A stretch of DNA of 64,000 nt from Alphaproteobacteria bacterium (lineage in GTDB: Bacteria > Pseudomonadota > Alphaproteobacteria > GCA-2731375): contig CBDDBZ010000038.1 of assembly GCA_965225945.1 (NCBI GenBank), positions 1 through 64,000 of the forward strand. The letters are read 5' to 3'. Each line of letters begins with the position of its first letter. The first letter of the stretch is position 1. This document shows positions 39,152 to 48,334 of the stretch, piece by piece. The translations under genes were made by a program, and so were the position numbers. The notes below the pieces were generated by a model that saw only the letters and a list, made by a program, of their open reading frames with translations, did not search any database and was not told the origin of the DNA.

Positions 39152-39591
39152 AGCGCCACCTCCACCGGGGGTGCCGCGGCGGTCAGCGAAGCGAGCACGA
39201 GGATGTCCTCGAGACGTAGGACATCTTGCGCGTCGCGGATCGCCATCCCCTCCAGCGCACCGTGCAGTTCGGCGCCCGCGCGAAGCACCCGGTCGTAGAT
39301 TTCCCAACGCCGCTCCGCCCGCCCGGGCAGCATGAAGACACTGAACAGGATGATGCCGGCCAAGCGGTCGAGCTCGTTCAGCACCGTCTCCAAATTCATG
39401 TAGCAGCCGCCCATGGCGTATTCGGTGGCGCTCAGGCGATAGTCGAGGCCGTGCCGCCGTGCGTGTTCCCGCACCACCAGGTTCTGCACGTGCTGCGGCC
39501 AGAGTTGCCCGCGCACCGGGCGAGAGGCGATGTAGCCGCGATGTCCGCGGCGAGCCGCGGGCAGCACCCGGTAATTCACCGCCTCATTCAT
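39148..39591 (-). CDS. Sporadic carbohydrate cluster protein, LIC12192 family
   Basis: RGYIASRP...PQHVQNLVVR...LSATEYAM...FSVFMLP...ALE pattern, next to the cognate 2OG oxygenase. Confidence 0.8.
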   Translation of the reverse strand: MNEAVNYRVLPAARRGHRGYIASRPVRGQLWPQHVQNLVVREHARRHGLDYRLSATEYAMGGCYMNLETVLNELDRLAGIILFSVFMLPGRAERRWEIYDRVLRAGAELHGALEGMAIRDAQDVLRLEDILVLASLTAAAPPVEVAL

Positions 39592-40411
39592 CGAAGTCTC
39601 CGGGCAATTGGTGGCTCATGGCGAACCGGGTCGCGGCGCGGATGGTGATCGGCTCGAAAAATTCGCCCAGCCGCTTGCCGGCATAGGGCGAGAACAGGCT
39701 CTTGAAGCGGCAGTTCATCGACCAGCGCGTCTCCGCCTCCGCGTTGACGACGTTGCCGTGCATCAGGTTCTGGCTAAATAGCAGCGCCCGGCCGTAGGGC
39801 ACGTCGAGCCAGACCACGTCCGGTTGGATCGCCTCGAACAACTCGTCCGTGCCGGCGCCCTCGAAGCGCTCGAAGCTCGCCTCGACGCGCCGGGCGGCGG
39901 CGGGCGGCAGCAGATACATGCTCTTGGTCCTGTGGCAGTCGACCAGCGGCAACCAGACCACCACCTCGAAGGGAGAATCCCCATCCCAGACGTCGGCGTG
40001 GACCGGCAGCAGGGCGCTGTCGTCGTCCGGCAACTGAACCGAAAGATTGAGCCGGCGCTGCATTGCCAGCTCGTTGCCGACCAGGAGCTCGAGGCAAGGC
40101 CGCGCCAGTTCGAAATAGTCGCGCCGGACCGTGTCGTCCGCCTGCAATCCTTCGATGACCGCGAGTTTGAGGGCATTGAGCGCATCCGGCTCGACGAGGT
40201 GATGAATGTCGTTCAGGAAGCGGTCCGGATCGCCCGGCGCGGGACAGCCCAGATGGGCCGCCGCCAGCCCGGCGACGGCCGCCCGCAGCCGGTCGAGTCC
40301 GGCCCTGTCGGCGACCGGCCGGATCACGTGGCCGTCGCGCAGGAAATCGCGATGGAGATCGACTTCCGGGGCCGACAAGTAGCCGGTGGGGGCGCTTTCG
40401 AGCGCGAGCAT
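39584..40411 (-). CDS. Sporadic carbohydrate cluster 2OG-Fe(II) oxygenase
   Basis: VGNELAMQRRLNLSVQLP.DDS.LLPVHADVW.GDSPFEVVVWLP, HGNVVN...RWSMNCRFK. Confidence 0.82.
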   Translation of the reverse strand: MLALESAPTGYLSAPEVDLHRDFLRDGHVIRPVADRAGLDRLRAAVAGLAAAHLGCPAPGDPDRFLNDIHHLVEPDALNALKLAVIEGLQADDTVRRDYFELARPCLELLVGNELAMQRRLNLSVQLPDDDSALLPVHADVWDGDSPFEVVVWLPLVDCHRTKSMYLLPPAAARRVEASFERFEGAGTDELFEAIQPDVVWLDVPYGRALLFSQNLMHGNVVNAEAETRWSMNCRFKSLFSPYAGKRLGEFFEPITIRAATRFAMSHQLPGDFDE

Positions 40412-41349
40412 CAGGCGGCCCGCCTGGCTATGAGGAAGCCGGAGACGCTGTCGGCGATGGCTGCAGGCGTGAGGCCGGCGTCGGCCAGGAGTTCGTCCTG
40501 AGTGCCGTAGTGCGCGGCGAAGCGGTCCGGCAGACCGAGGCGCAAAAGCGGCGGCACCGAGCCTGGCAGCGAATCGATCATGATCTCGCCGACCGCGCTG
40601 CCGAGGCCGCCGACGAGCGTGTGCTCCTCCACGGTGACGATCGCCCGCGCGGCGGACGCGTGACGCAGCAGGGCCGCCTCGTCGAGCGGCTTCACCGTGT
40701 GCAGGTGCAGGAGTCCGGCCGAAACACCACGCGCTTCCAACAGTTGCGCGGCGGCGAGCGCGCGGGTGGTGGCGATCCCCGTCGCCACCAGCAGCACCTC
40801 GCCCATGGGCCGCATCAAGATGGCCCGGCCGATCTCGAAGCCAGCCGCGTCGTCGGAGACGATCTCGTCGCCCCCCTTGGCGAGGCGGATGTAGCACGGT
40901 CCCTCGAGTTCCAGGGTCGCGGCCATGAAGCGCGTCATTTCGTCCCCATCGCAGGGTGCCACGACGGTCATGCCCGGCAGCGCGCGCATCAGCGCGATGT
41001 CTTCCACCGCCAGGTGGGTGGGCCCGAGCGGCGCATAGACCAGGCCGCCGCCGTTGGCGATCAGGCGCACCGGCAGTCGATGCATGCAGAGGTCGACGGC
41101 GATCTGCTCGTAGCAGCGCCGCGTCAGGAAGGTCGCGATGGTATTGACATAGGGGATATAGCCTTCCATCGCCAGGCCGGCCGCCATGCCGATCAGGTTC
41201 TGCTCGGCCACCCCTTCCATGAAGAAACGCTCCGGCATCTCCTCGCGGAACGCGTCCAGCGTGCCGACGCCGAGGTCGGAGCCGACGAAGACGACGCGCG
41301 GGTCGCGCTTGGCCAATTCATGGACATTGTCGAGGCAGGTCCTACGCAT
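40411..41349 (-). CDS. Transketolase-like, C-terminal (pyrimidine-binding) subunit
   Basis: GVAEQNLIGMAAGLA, GPTH, YIRL, VKPLD, EEH..GGLGS. Confidence 0.92.
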   Translation of the reverse strand: MRRTCLDNVHELAKRDPRVVFVGSDLGVGTLDAFREEMPERFFMEGVAEQNLIGMAAGLAMEGYIPYVNTIATFLTRRCYEQIAVDLCMHRLPVRLIANGGGLVYAPLGPTHLAVEDIALMRALPGMTVVAPCDGDEMTRFMAATLELEGPCYIRLAKGGDEIVSDDAAGFEIGRAILMRPMGEVLLVATGIATTRALAAAQLLEARGVSAGLLHLHTVKPLDEAALLRHASAARAIVTVEEHTLVGGLGSAVGEIMIDSLPGSVPPLLRLGLPDRFAAHYGTQDELLADAGLTPAAIADSVSGFLIARRAA

Positions 41350-42220
41350 TTGCCTCACTCCCGAGCTCCGCCAGCAGGGCATCGAGCTCCGCCGCCGGCA
41401 GCCGTGACTTGTGATGCCATTCGGGATTGTTCTCGGCGAATCTGACGCCCTTGCCCTTGACGGTGTGGGCGATGATCGCGCTGGGCCGCCCGGCCTCGAG
41501 GGGGAGCGCGGCCAGGGTCCGGTGCAAACCCCCGACGTCGTGGCCGTCGACCTCCGCCGTCGCGAAGCCGAAGCTCTCCCACTTGTCGACCAGCGGCTCC
41601 AGATCCTGCACCTCGGCGGTGCTGGCGTAGGACTGCTGCTTGTTGTAGTCGACGATGATCGTGAGGTTGTCGAGCCGATGCTTGCCGGCCATCATCGCCG
41701 CTTCCCAGACCGCGCCCTCGTTGATCTCGCCGTCGCCGGTAACGACGAAGACCCGCCATGGTGCCCCTTTCATCCGGGCGGCGAGCGCGAGACCCACGCC
41801 GATCGAGGGGCCGTGCCCCAGCGCGCCGGTCGAGGCCTCCACTCCCGGCACTTTGTTGGCGTCGGGATGGCCGCCGAGGATGCCGTCGTGATGGCAGAAA
41901 CGGTCCAGTTCCTCGCTCGGGAAATAGCCCTTGTCGGCGAGCACGGCATAGAGCGCGAGGCAGCCGTGCCCCTTGGAGAGCAGAAATCGATCGCGCGCCG
42001 CCCAGCCGGGCTCGCCCGGCCGGTGCGCCATCACCTCGTCATAGAGCACGCGCAGGATCTCGATCGCCGAAAAGGCGGAACCGAGGTGTCCGCGCCCGCC
42101 GCCGACGAGGCCCCGCACCGCGAGGCGGCGGAGCGCGCGGGAGCGCGCATCGAGCGGCGGCAGTGCCAGGCGCGCCTCCAGCGCGTCATACATACGAAGC
42201 GGTTCGGGAATCATGGTCAT
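41342..42220 (-). CDS. Transketolase-like, N-terminal (TPP-binding) subunit
   Basis: GHLGS, DRFLLSKGH, STGALGHG, GDGEINEG...N, HTVKGKG, WHH. Confidence 0.92.
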   Translation of the reverse strand: MTMIPEPLRMYDALEARLALPPLDARSRALRRLAVRGLVGGGRGHLGSAFSAIEILRVLYDEVMAHRPGEPGWAARDRFLLSKGHGCLALYAVLADKGYFPSEELDRFCHHDGILGGHPDANKVPGVEASTGALGHGPSIGVGLALAARMKGAPWRVFVVTGDGEINEGAVWEAAMMAGKHRLDNLTIIVDYNKQQSYASTAEVQDLEPLVDKWESFGFATAEVDGHDVGGLHRTLAALPLEAGRPSAIIAHTVKGKGVRFAENNPEWHHKSRLPAAELDALLAELGSEANA

Positions 42221-43235
42221 GGCCTTCGAGCAGAAGGGCGAAACGGTCGAGCATCCGGCCCGCGTCTTCCAGACGTCGCCGCGCGATGCCGTCGGCGACC
42301 TCGGCAGAACGGACATGGACGAGCCGCCGTCGGCCCTCGGGCAGGAACGGGTTCAGCATGATCAGGCACCAACGAAGCGCGAACAGCGGCAGCAGCGCCT
42401 CCAGCCGGCTGGCGAGCCCGGGCTGATCCTCGAACAGCGCCAAGGCGTCGGCGCGGAAACGTGCCCGGAGCGGCGGCGCCAGGCGCATCGCCGGATGCAG
42501 TTCGAAGTCGGCGATCAGCTTCACCGGATCGTCCCAGCCGAAATATTCGAAATCGAGGAACACCAGGCTCCGGTCGGGGCGGCGGAGCGCGTTGTGAAAA
42601 CCGAAATCGGAGGGCGAGAGAACGCGGTCCCCCAGGGCGATTTCGCCATCGAAGTCGATGCCGGCGCGCTCCAGCCAGCGCCGGGCCTGGGCCACCAGGT
42701 CGTCGCGCGCGGGCCCTAGGCGGTGCTGGAGGAAGGCGTCGAGGTCGCGGTCGCCGACGGCCTCAAAGCGCCTGCGTCGTCGATCGATCTGGCACACGAT
42801 CTCGGCCCCGGACAGGCAGGCTTCCGAGGCGAGCGGTAGGTCCAGCGCGCCCGCTTCACCGCCCACCCTTCGAAGCGCCCGGATGAAGCCGATCACCGCG
42901 CGGAAGTCCCGTTCGCTCGGCGCGGCGACCGTCTCGCCGTCGATCCAGTCGTAGATCGCCGCTCCCTCGCCGGCGTCGGCGGCGACGGGGCGTGGGACCT
43001 GCCTGACGCCGTGGCGCCAGAGGAAATCCAGGCCGCCGAACTCGACCCCCAGGCGGTCGCGTCGGTCGGCGGCCTCCCGGAGATAGGTCTTGAGGGCATA
43101 GCGCCGGCCGTCGCCGGCGTGCAGCGAATAGAGCCGATTGTTGCCGCCGGCGCCGATCCGGGTCAGGCCGCGAACCTCGGCGCCGAGCAGCGCCTCGGCC
43201 CGGCGTCTCAAGTCCTCGCCCTCAAGCGGCGGCAT
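42186..43235 (-). CDS. Aminoglycoside phosphotransferase-like (sugar) kinase
   Basis: GGNNRLY, ALKTY, LSPSDFGFHNAL, FLDFEYFGWDDP. Confidence 0.82.
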   Translation of the reverse strand: MPPLEGEDLRRRAEALLGAEVRGLTRIGAGGNNRLYSLHAGDGRRYALKTYLREAADRRDRLGVEFGGLDFLWRHGVRQVPRPVAADAGEGAAIYDWIDGETVAAPSERDFRAVIGFIRALRRVGGEAGALDLPLASEACLSGAEIVCQIDRRRRRFEAVGDRDLDAFLQHRLGPARDDLVAQARRWLERAGIDFDGEIALGDRVLSPSDFGFHNALRRPDRSLVFLDFEYFGWDDPVKLIADFELHPAMRLAPPLRARFRADALALFEDQPGLASRLEALLPLFALRWCLIMLNPFLPEGRRRLVHVRSAEVADGIARRRLEDAGRMLDRFALLLEGHDHDSRTASYV

Positions 43236-43841
43236 CGAAAAGCTCCAAGTCCGCGATCTCGCGCCATCCGCGCACCCGGCGCCAAGGGCGCTGGCCACCG
43301 ATGCCGTGAGGGTCGAATAGGATTGCCGTCGTCTCCGTCGGGAAACCGGGCTCCAGGAAGACTTCCTCCAAATCGTCGATGAAGACGTCGCAGTCGAGGC
43401 GCCGGATGCAGGCGAGTTCTCGTCGCGGGTGTCGTTGAAGTGAATGTCGGAGGGCCGCAGCGGGGCGCCCTCGCCGCCGACGAGACCGCTGGCGGAAAGC
43501 CAGTCGCGGGCCGTCCGGCGTAGATCGACGGCGAGCGGATCGTCGGGCGAGATCCGGGTCTTGTGGCTGGCGACGAAGATATCCGCGCCGGCCCGCCGCC
43601 AGACGCCCAGCACCTCGGCGGCGCCGTCGAAGAGGGTGGCGCGGCGCATATGTCGGCCGTAAGCCAGCGCCTGCAGCCGGCGCCACGACATCTCGCCCTC
43701 CGGCAACGCGCGAACCGCCTCGCACACGCCCCGCTTGCCGCCCGCCGGCGGCACGCCCAGCAGCCCTTGCTCCACGGCGAGCTCGCCGAAGAGCACATCG
43801 TAGCGAGCGAGCGTATTGTCGAAATCGACGCCGATCCGCAT
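43222..43841 (-). CDS. HAD-superfamily phosphatase, 1-nt frameshift near 43418
   Basis: MRIGVDFDNT (motif I), SHKT; continues in another frame as (K)LACI...FIDDLEEV (motif IV), stop at 43222. Confidence 0.8.
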
Positions 43842-43983
43842 CTCCGCCCCGCGAAGCCGGTTAACCATGCCCGAAGCTACGGGCGCGCGGTTAAGAAGGG
43901 CTTAAGGGCGGGAGAGAGGGCCGGCGATGGCGCCAAAAGCCGGAGATGGCCACGTTTCGATCGGTCCCCGAGCCCCTCGCCCG

Positions 43984-45207
43984 TCACTCGCCGCGCAGGA
44001 GATCGCAAAGCGCGAGCGCCACCACCCGGGTCGCCGCGTCGAGATCGGCCAGCGACAGCTTTTCGTCCGCCCGGTGGGCGTTGGCCTCGAGCAAGCTGCG
44101 CGGCCCGGCCCCGTAGAGCACGGTGGGGATGCCGCGCTCGGCGTAGTGGCGGGCATCGCTGTAGAGCGGCACGCCGCAGGTTCGGACCTCGAGGCCGAGA
44201 ATTTCCCGGGCCCGCGCCGCCAGGGGGTCGACCAGCCGTTCGTGACCGGGAAGCGGCGTCAGCGGCCGGGCCAGCATCACCCGGCGGATCGTCGTCTCCA
44301 CGCCCGGGACCCCACGCGCCGCGGCCTCGATGAGGCGCTGGAGTTCGGCCTCGACGGCCTCCGCGTCCTCCTCGGGGATGATCCGTCGGTCGAGCCGCAA
44401 GGTCACCTTGTCCGGCACCACGTTGGTGTTGATGCCGCCCTCGATCAGCCCGACGACGAGATTGGGTTGCCCGATCCCGGGGACGGCGGAAGCCCGTTCG
44501 CCATAGCCGCGTCGTTCCGCGTATAGGGCACCGAGGACGGCGCTGGCGGCTTCCAGCGCGTCGACGCCGGAGGACGGATCGGCGGCGTGGGCGGAGCGGC
44601 CGCGAAGCTCGACCTCGAGATGAAGACAGCCGTTGTGGGCGGAGACGACGGCATAGGAGAAACCGGCGCAGAGCGCCAGGTCCGGGGCGCTGATCGCTTC
44701 GTCAAGCAACCATTTCGGCCCGATCGCGCCGCCCGCCTCTTCGTCGTAGGTGACGTGGATCTCAATTCCGCCGCCGAGCCGTTCGGCCACCCCCTCCAGC
44801 GCCAGGAGGGCGAAGACGTAGGTCGCGATATCGGACTTGGAGACCGCGACGCCACGGCCGTACATCTCGCCCTCGACGACCTCGGCGCCGTAGGGATCCA
44901 GGCTCCAGCCCTCGCCCGGCGGCACGACGTCGCCATGGGCGTTGAGCGCCACCGTCGGCCCGTCGCCGAAGCGCCGGCGGACGATGAGGTTGGTGGCGCT
45001 CTCCATGCCATGGGCGCGGCAGAGCGCCGCCGGCACCGGGTGGCTTTCGACCTCGAGGCCCAGCGCCGCGATCAGCTCGGCCGTGCGTGCGCCGTGCCGG
45101 GCACAGTCGCCCGGCGGGTTGTCGGACGCCACGCGCACCAATTCGGCCAGGAACGCCACTTGCTCACCCGCCCGCGCATCGATCCGCGCCAGGATCTCGT
45201 CTTCCAT
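43984..45207 (-). CDS. M20/ArgE-DapE family metallo-amidohydrolase
   Basis: NAHGDVVPPG, YGRG..VSKSD, YDEE, GRSAHA, NTNVVPD, AHRADE. Confidence 0.9.
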   Translation of the reverse strand: MEDEILARIDARAGEQVAFLAELVRVASDNPPGDCARHGARTAELIAALGLEVESHPVPAALCRAHGMESATNLIVRRRFGDGPTVALNAHGDVVPPGEGWSLDPYGAEVVEGEMYGRGVAVSKSDIATYVFALLALEGVAERLGGGIEIHVTYDEEAGGAIGPKWLLDEAISAPDLALCAGFSYAVVSAHNGCLHLEVELRGRSAHAADPSSGVDALEAASAVLGALYAERRGYGERASAVPGIGQPNLVVGLIEGGINTNVVPDKVTLRLDRRIIPEEDAEAVEAELQRLIEAAARGVPGVETTIRRVMLARPLTPLPGHERLVDPLAARAREILGLEVRTCGVPLYSDARHYAERGIPTVLYGAGPRSLLEANAHRADEKLSLADLDAATRVVALALCDLLRGE

Positions 45208-45385
45208 GCCCCCACCGGTCACCGTCATGCCCCGAAGCGCGGGTGGGCGAGTCTATATGTCTGGCCGAAATGTCGCCATCGGCGACTTTATGGGGCGCTC
45301 GCCGCCAACAGCACGCCACGCGCGCAAATGTATAGTGTCGGCGAACGCGGTAGCATGCGACGGCACGTGGGGGGCGAAGCTGGCC

Positions 45386-46984
45386 ATGGAATTCGATTAC
45401 ATCGTCGTCGGCACCGGCTCGGCCGGGTCCGTGGTGGCGGCCCGCCTCGCCGAGTTGCGCGACGCCACAATCCTGGTGCTGGAGGCGGGCGGCAAGGATC
45501 TCGACCCTTGGATCCATATCCCCGTCGGCTTCGTCAAGACGCTCAACAGCAAGCGGGTCAATTGGGGCTTCGAAATCGCGCCCGAGGCCTATACCGGCGA
45601 GCGGACGATGTTTCTGGCGCGCGGCAAGGTCCTGGGCGGCTCCAGCTCGATCAACGGCATGCTCTATGTCCGGGGCAACGCCCGCGACTACGACGATTGG
45701 GCGCAGATGGGAAACCAGGGCTGGTCCTACGAGGACGTGCTGCCCTATTTCAAGAAGACCGAGCGGCGCAAGGAGGGCGCCGACGCCTACCGGGGCGGCG
45801 AGGGCCCGCTCGCCATCACCGAGTTTCCGGAACGCTACGAGCTGATGGACGCCGTGCTACGGGCGGGCGAGGAACTGGGCTATCCCGCCAACCCCGACTA
45901 CAACGGCGAACGCCAGGAGGGCTTCGCCTACTACCAGGTGACGCAGAAGAACGGCGTCCGGCACAGCGCCTATCGAGCGTTCCTGAAGCCGGCGCTCGAG
46001 CGCGGCAATATCGAGCTCGTGACCAATGCCATGGCGCTCCGCGTGGTGCTGGCGGAAGGCCGCGCCAGCGCTGTCGTCTTCGAGCGGGGTGGTGCCATCG
46101 AGATCGCCACGGCGCGGCGCGAGGTGATCGTCTGCGCCGGCGCGGTGCAGTCGCCGCAGTTGCTGGAACTCTCCGGCATCGGTGATCCGGCGCGGCTGTC
46201 GGCGATCGGCATCACGCCGAAGCATGAGCTGGCGGGGGTCGGCGAAAACTATATCGACCACTACATGGTCCGGCCGAGCTGGCGGATCAATCGGCCCATC
46301 ACCCTGAACGAAGTCCGCCGCCCCTTGCCCCTGCTGAAGGAGGCGTTGCGCTATGCCTTCGCCCGCAAGGGCCTGCTGACGGTGCCGACGGCGCTGATCG
46401 CCGGCTTCGTCAAGAGCCGGCCCGAGTTGGAAGCCCCCGACGTCCAGTTCCACATCGCGCACGCGAGCTACGGCGATCCGATTCTGCGGGATTTCGAAAA
46501 CCAGCCTGGCCTGACCATCGGCGTCTACCAGACCCGGCCGGAAAGCAAGGGCTCGATGCACATCGCCTCGCCCGACCCCCGGACCCAGCCCGTCATCGTC
46601 GGCAATTATCTATCGCTCGACTACGACCGGCAGGTGACCGTGGCGGGCGTTCGGCTCGCCCGCGCGGTGATGGAAACGGTGGCGATGCGCGGCTACGTCG
46701 AGCATGAGGTGACGCCCGGGCCCGAGGTCCGGAGCGACGACGAGATCCTCGACTATTGCCGCCGGGTGGGCATGGCGGTCTACCATCCCGTCGGCACCTG
46801 CAAGATGGGCTCCGACCCGATGGCGGTGGTCGACGACCAGCTTCGGGTGCGCGGGCTGGACGGGCTGCGGGTGATCGACGCCTCGGTGATGCCGACCATA
46901 ACCAACGGCAACACCCACGCGCCGACCATGATGATCGCCGAGCGTGGCGCCGATCTGATCAAGGCGGCGGCGCGGGGCGGCTGA
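45386..46984 (+). CDS. GMC family oxidoreductase (choline dehydrogenase-like)
   Basis: DYIVVGTGSAG, RGKVLGGSSSINGMLYVRG, YHPVGTCKMG, GNTHAP. Confidence 0.93.
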   Translation: MEFDYIVVGTGSAGSVVAARLAELRDATILVLEAGGKDLDPWIHIPVGFVKTLNSKRVNWGFEIAPEAYTGERTMFLARGKVLGGSSSINGMLYVRGNARDYDDWAQMGNQGWSYEDVLPYFKKTERRKEGADAYRGGEGPLAITEFPERYELMDAVLRAGEELGYPANPDYNGERQEGFAYYQVTQKNGVRHSAYRAFLKPALERGNIELVTNAMALRVVLAEGRASAVVFERGGAIEIATARREVIVCAGAVQSPQLLELSGIGDPARLSAIGITPKHELAGVGENYIDHYMVRPSWRINRPITLNEVRRPLPLLKEALRYAFARKGLLTVPTALIAGFVKSRPELEAPDVQFHIAHASYGDPILRDFENQPGLTIGVYQTRPESKGSMHIASPDPRTQPVIVGNYLSLDYDRQVTVAGVRLARAVMETVAMRGYVEHEVTPGPEVRSDDEILDYCRRVGMAVYHPVGTCKMGSDPMAVVDDQLRVRGLDGLRVIDASVMPTITNGNTHAPTMMIAERGADLIKAAARGG

Positions 46985-47029
46985 GGCACCGTCCCGCGCG
47001 CCGGCCTCGGGGGTTTTCGAGTCGGACCG

Positions 47030-47356
47030 TCAGGTCACGGAGGAGAAGCTGGTCGGCAGCAGGATCTGGTTGGCGACGGAGGCGACGATGGCGCCGTCCT
47101 TCTCCGTCTCGGCCCGCTTCTCCTGCCATTCCGGGTCGGCCATGAAGGCGGTCCACTTTTCGTCCCGCTCGGCGAGCGAAACCCAGGCGAGCAGGTAATA
47201 GAGGTCCTGATTGCTCTCGCCGATGCCGACGGTCCAGAAGCCGGCCTGGCGGATGCCGTGGCGTTCCCAGATTCCGAGCGTGATGGTGTCGAAACGATTG
47301 AGCAGCGCCGGCAGCCGTCCCGGCACGCAGTGGTAAACGCGCAGTTCGTAGATCAT
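47030..47356 (-). CDS. NIPSNAP family protein
   Basis: MIYELRVY..PG...F.ADPEW...LLPTSFS. Confidence 0.9.
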   Translation of the reverse strand: MIYELRVYHCVPGRLPALLNRFDTITLGIWERHGIRQAGFWTVGIGESNQDLYYLLAWVSLAERDEKWTAFMADPEWQEKRAETEKDGAIVASVANQILLPTSFSSVT

Positions 47357-47480
47357 TCGTCCTTCCCTCCCGAAGCGTGGTCTCGTCCGACGCGGTTATG
47401 TTGATCGCCGGGTCGACAAATTGATAGTGTTATTCCTGAGCTTCACGCCGCCCTCGGCGGCAACCGGAGGAACATGGGGT

Positions 47481-48311
47481 ATGCGCATCGAGGAATCGCG
47501 TTTTGAGGCGGGCGGGGTCGCCTTCATCGTGCGTCACGAGCAGTGGGACGCCAACATTCACAGCCACGCCGACCAGGGCGCCATCATCGAGGTGACCGGG
47601 CCCCTCGACGGGCGCGAGGTGGCGCTGCTGCGCTTCAACTGCTGCGACGTCGAGCGGAGCTACGTCTACGATCCCGAGGGCGAGAACAAGATCTGTCGCA
47701 TGGACCCGATCGTCGACGGCAACCCCGTCGGCTGGTCGGTGCGCCAAATGCGGGAGCGGCTCGGCGCCATGCTGCGCCGCGCCGGCCACGAGGCGGTGGC
47801 CGACGGCCTCGACGCTCGCGCCATCGCCTCCGTCCTGGACGAGGTCGAGGGCGCCGCCCGCGAGGCCTACATCAAGGGGCGGCAGACGGTGAAGCACAAC
47901 CGGGGCACCGATATCTTCGAGGCCGGCAACATCCGCTTCGGCCTGGAGCTGCGCGACCTCGCCAATGGCGACGGCGGCCTGGCGATCCACGTGCTGTCGG
48001 ACCTGGTCGGCACGACCGGCGACGCTTACGCCGAGGAGACCGAGATCCTGGCCTTCGACTGCTTCCGCGAGGAGCCGCACTACCACTACGGGCCGCGCAA
48101 CAAGAACCACCGGATTTACTTCGACAAGACGGTGATCCCGGATCCGTTGGAGTGGACGCTCGACGTCCTCAAGTCCGGCAAGTTGAAGCCGATGATCGAC
48201 GCCGCCGGCTATCCGGGCGTCGCCGCCGACCTGGACGAGGGCCTGGTCGGCTCGCTGCTGCCGGCGCTCGAGACCCGCGCGCGCGAGATGCAGCCCAAGG
48301 CCGAGGCATAG
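47481..48311 (+). CDS. Hypothetical protein made of two tandem homologous domains
   Basis: FEAG...G..I.V...LLRFNC...Y.Y.P...D..P..W...L..M...AG occurs twice; GGAGG upstream. Confidence 0.7.
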   Translation: MRIEESRFEAGGVAFIVRHEQWDANIHSHADQGAIIEVTGPLDGREVALLRFNCCDVERSYVYDPEGENKICRMDPIVDGNPVGWSVRQMRERLGAMLRRAGHEAVADGLDARAIASVLDEVEGAAREAYIKGRQTVKHNRGTDIFEAGNIRFGLELRDLANGDGGLAIHVLSDLVGTTGDAYAEETEILAFDCFREEPHYHYGPRNKNHRIYFDKTVIPDPLEWTLDVLKSGKLKPMIDAAGYPGVAADLDEGLVGSLLPALETRAREMQPKAEA

Positions 48312-48334
48312 GGCCAGCTACGGGGGCTTTCGAG

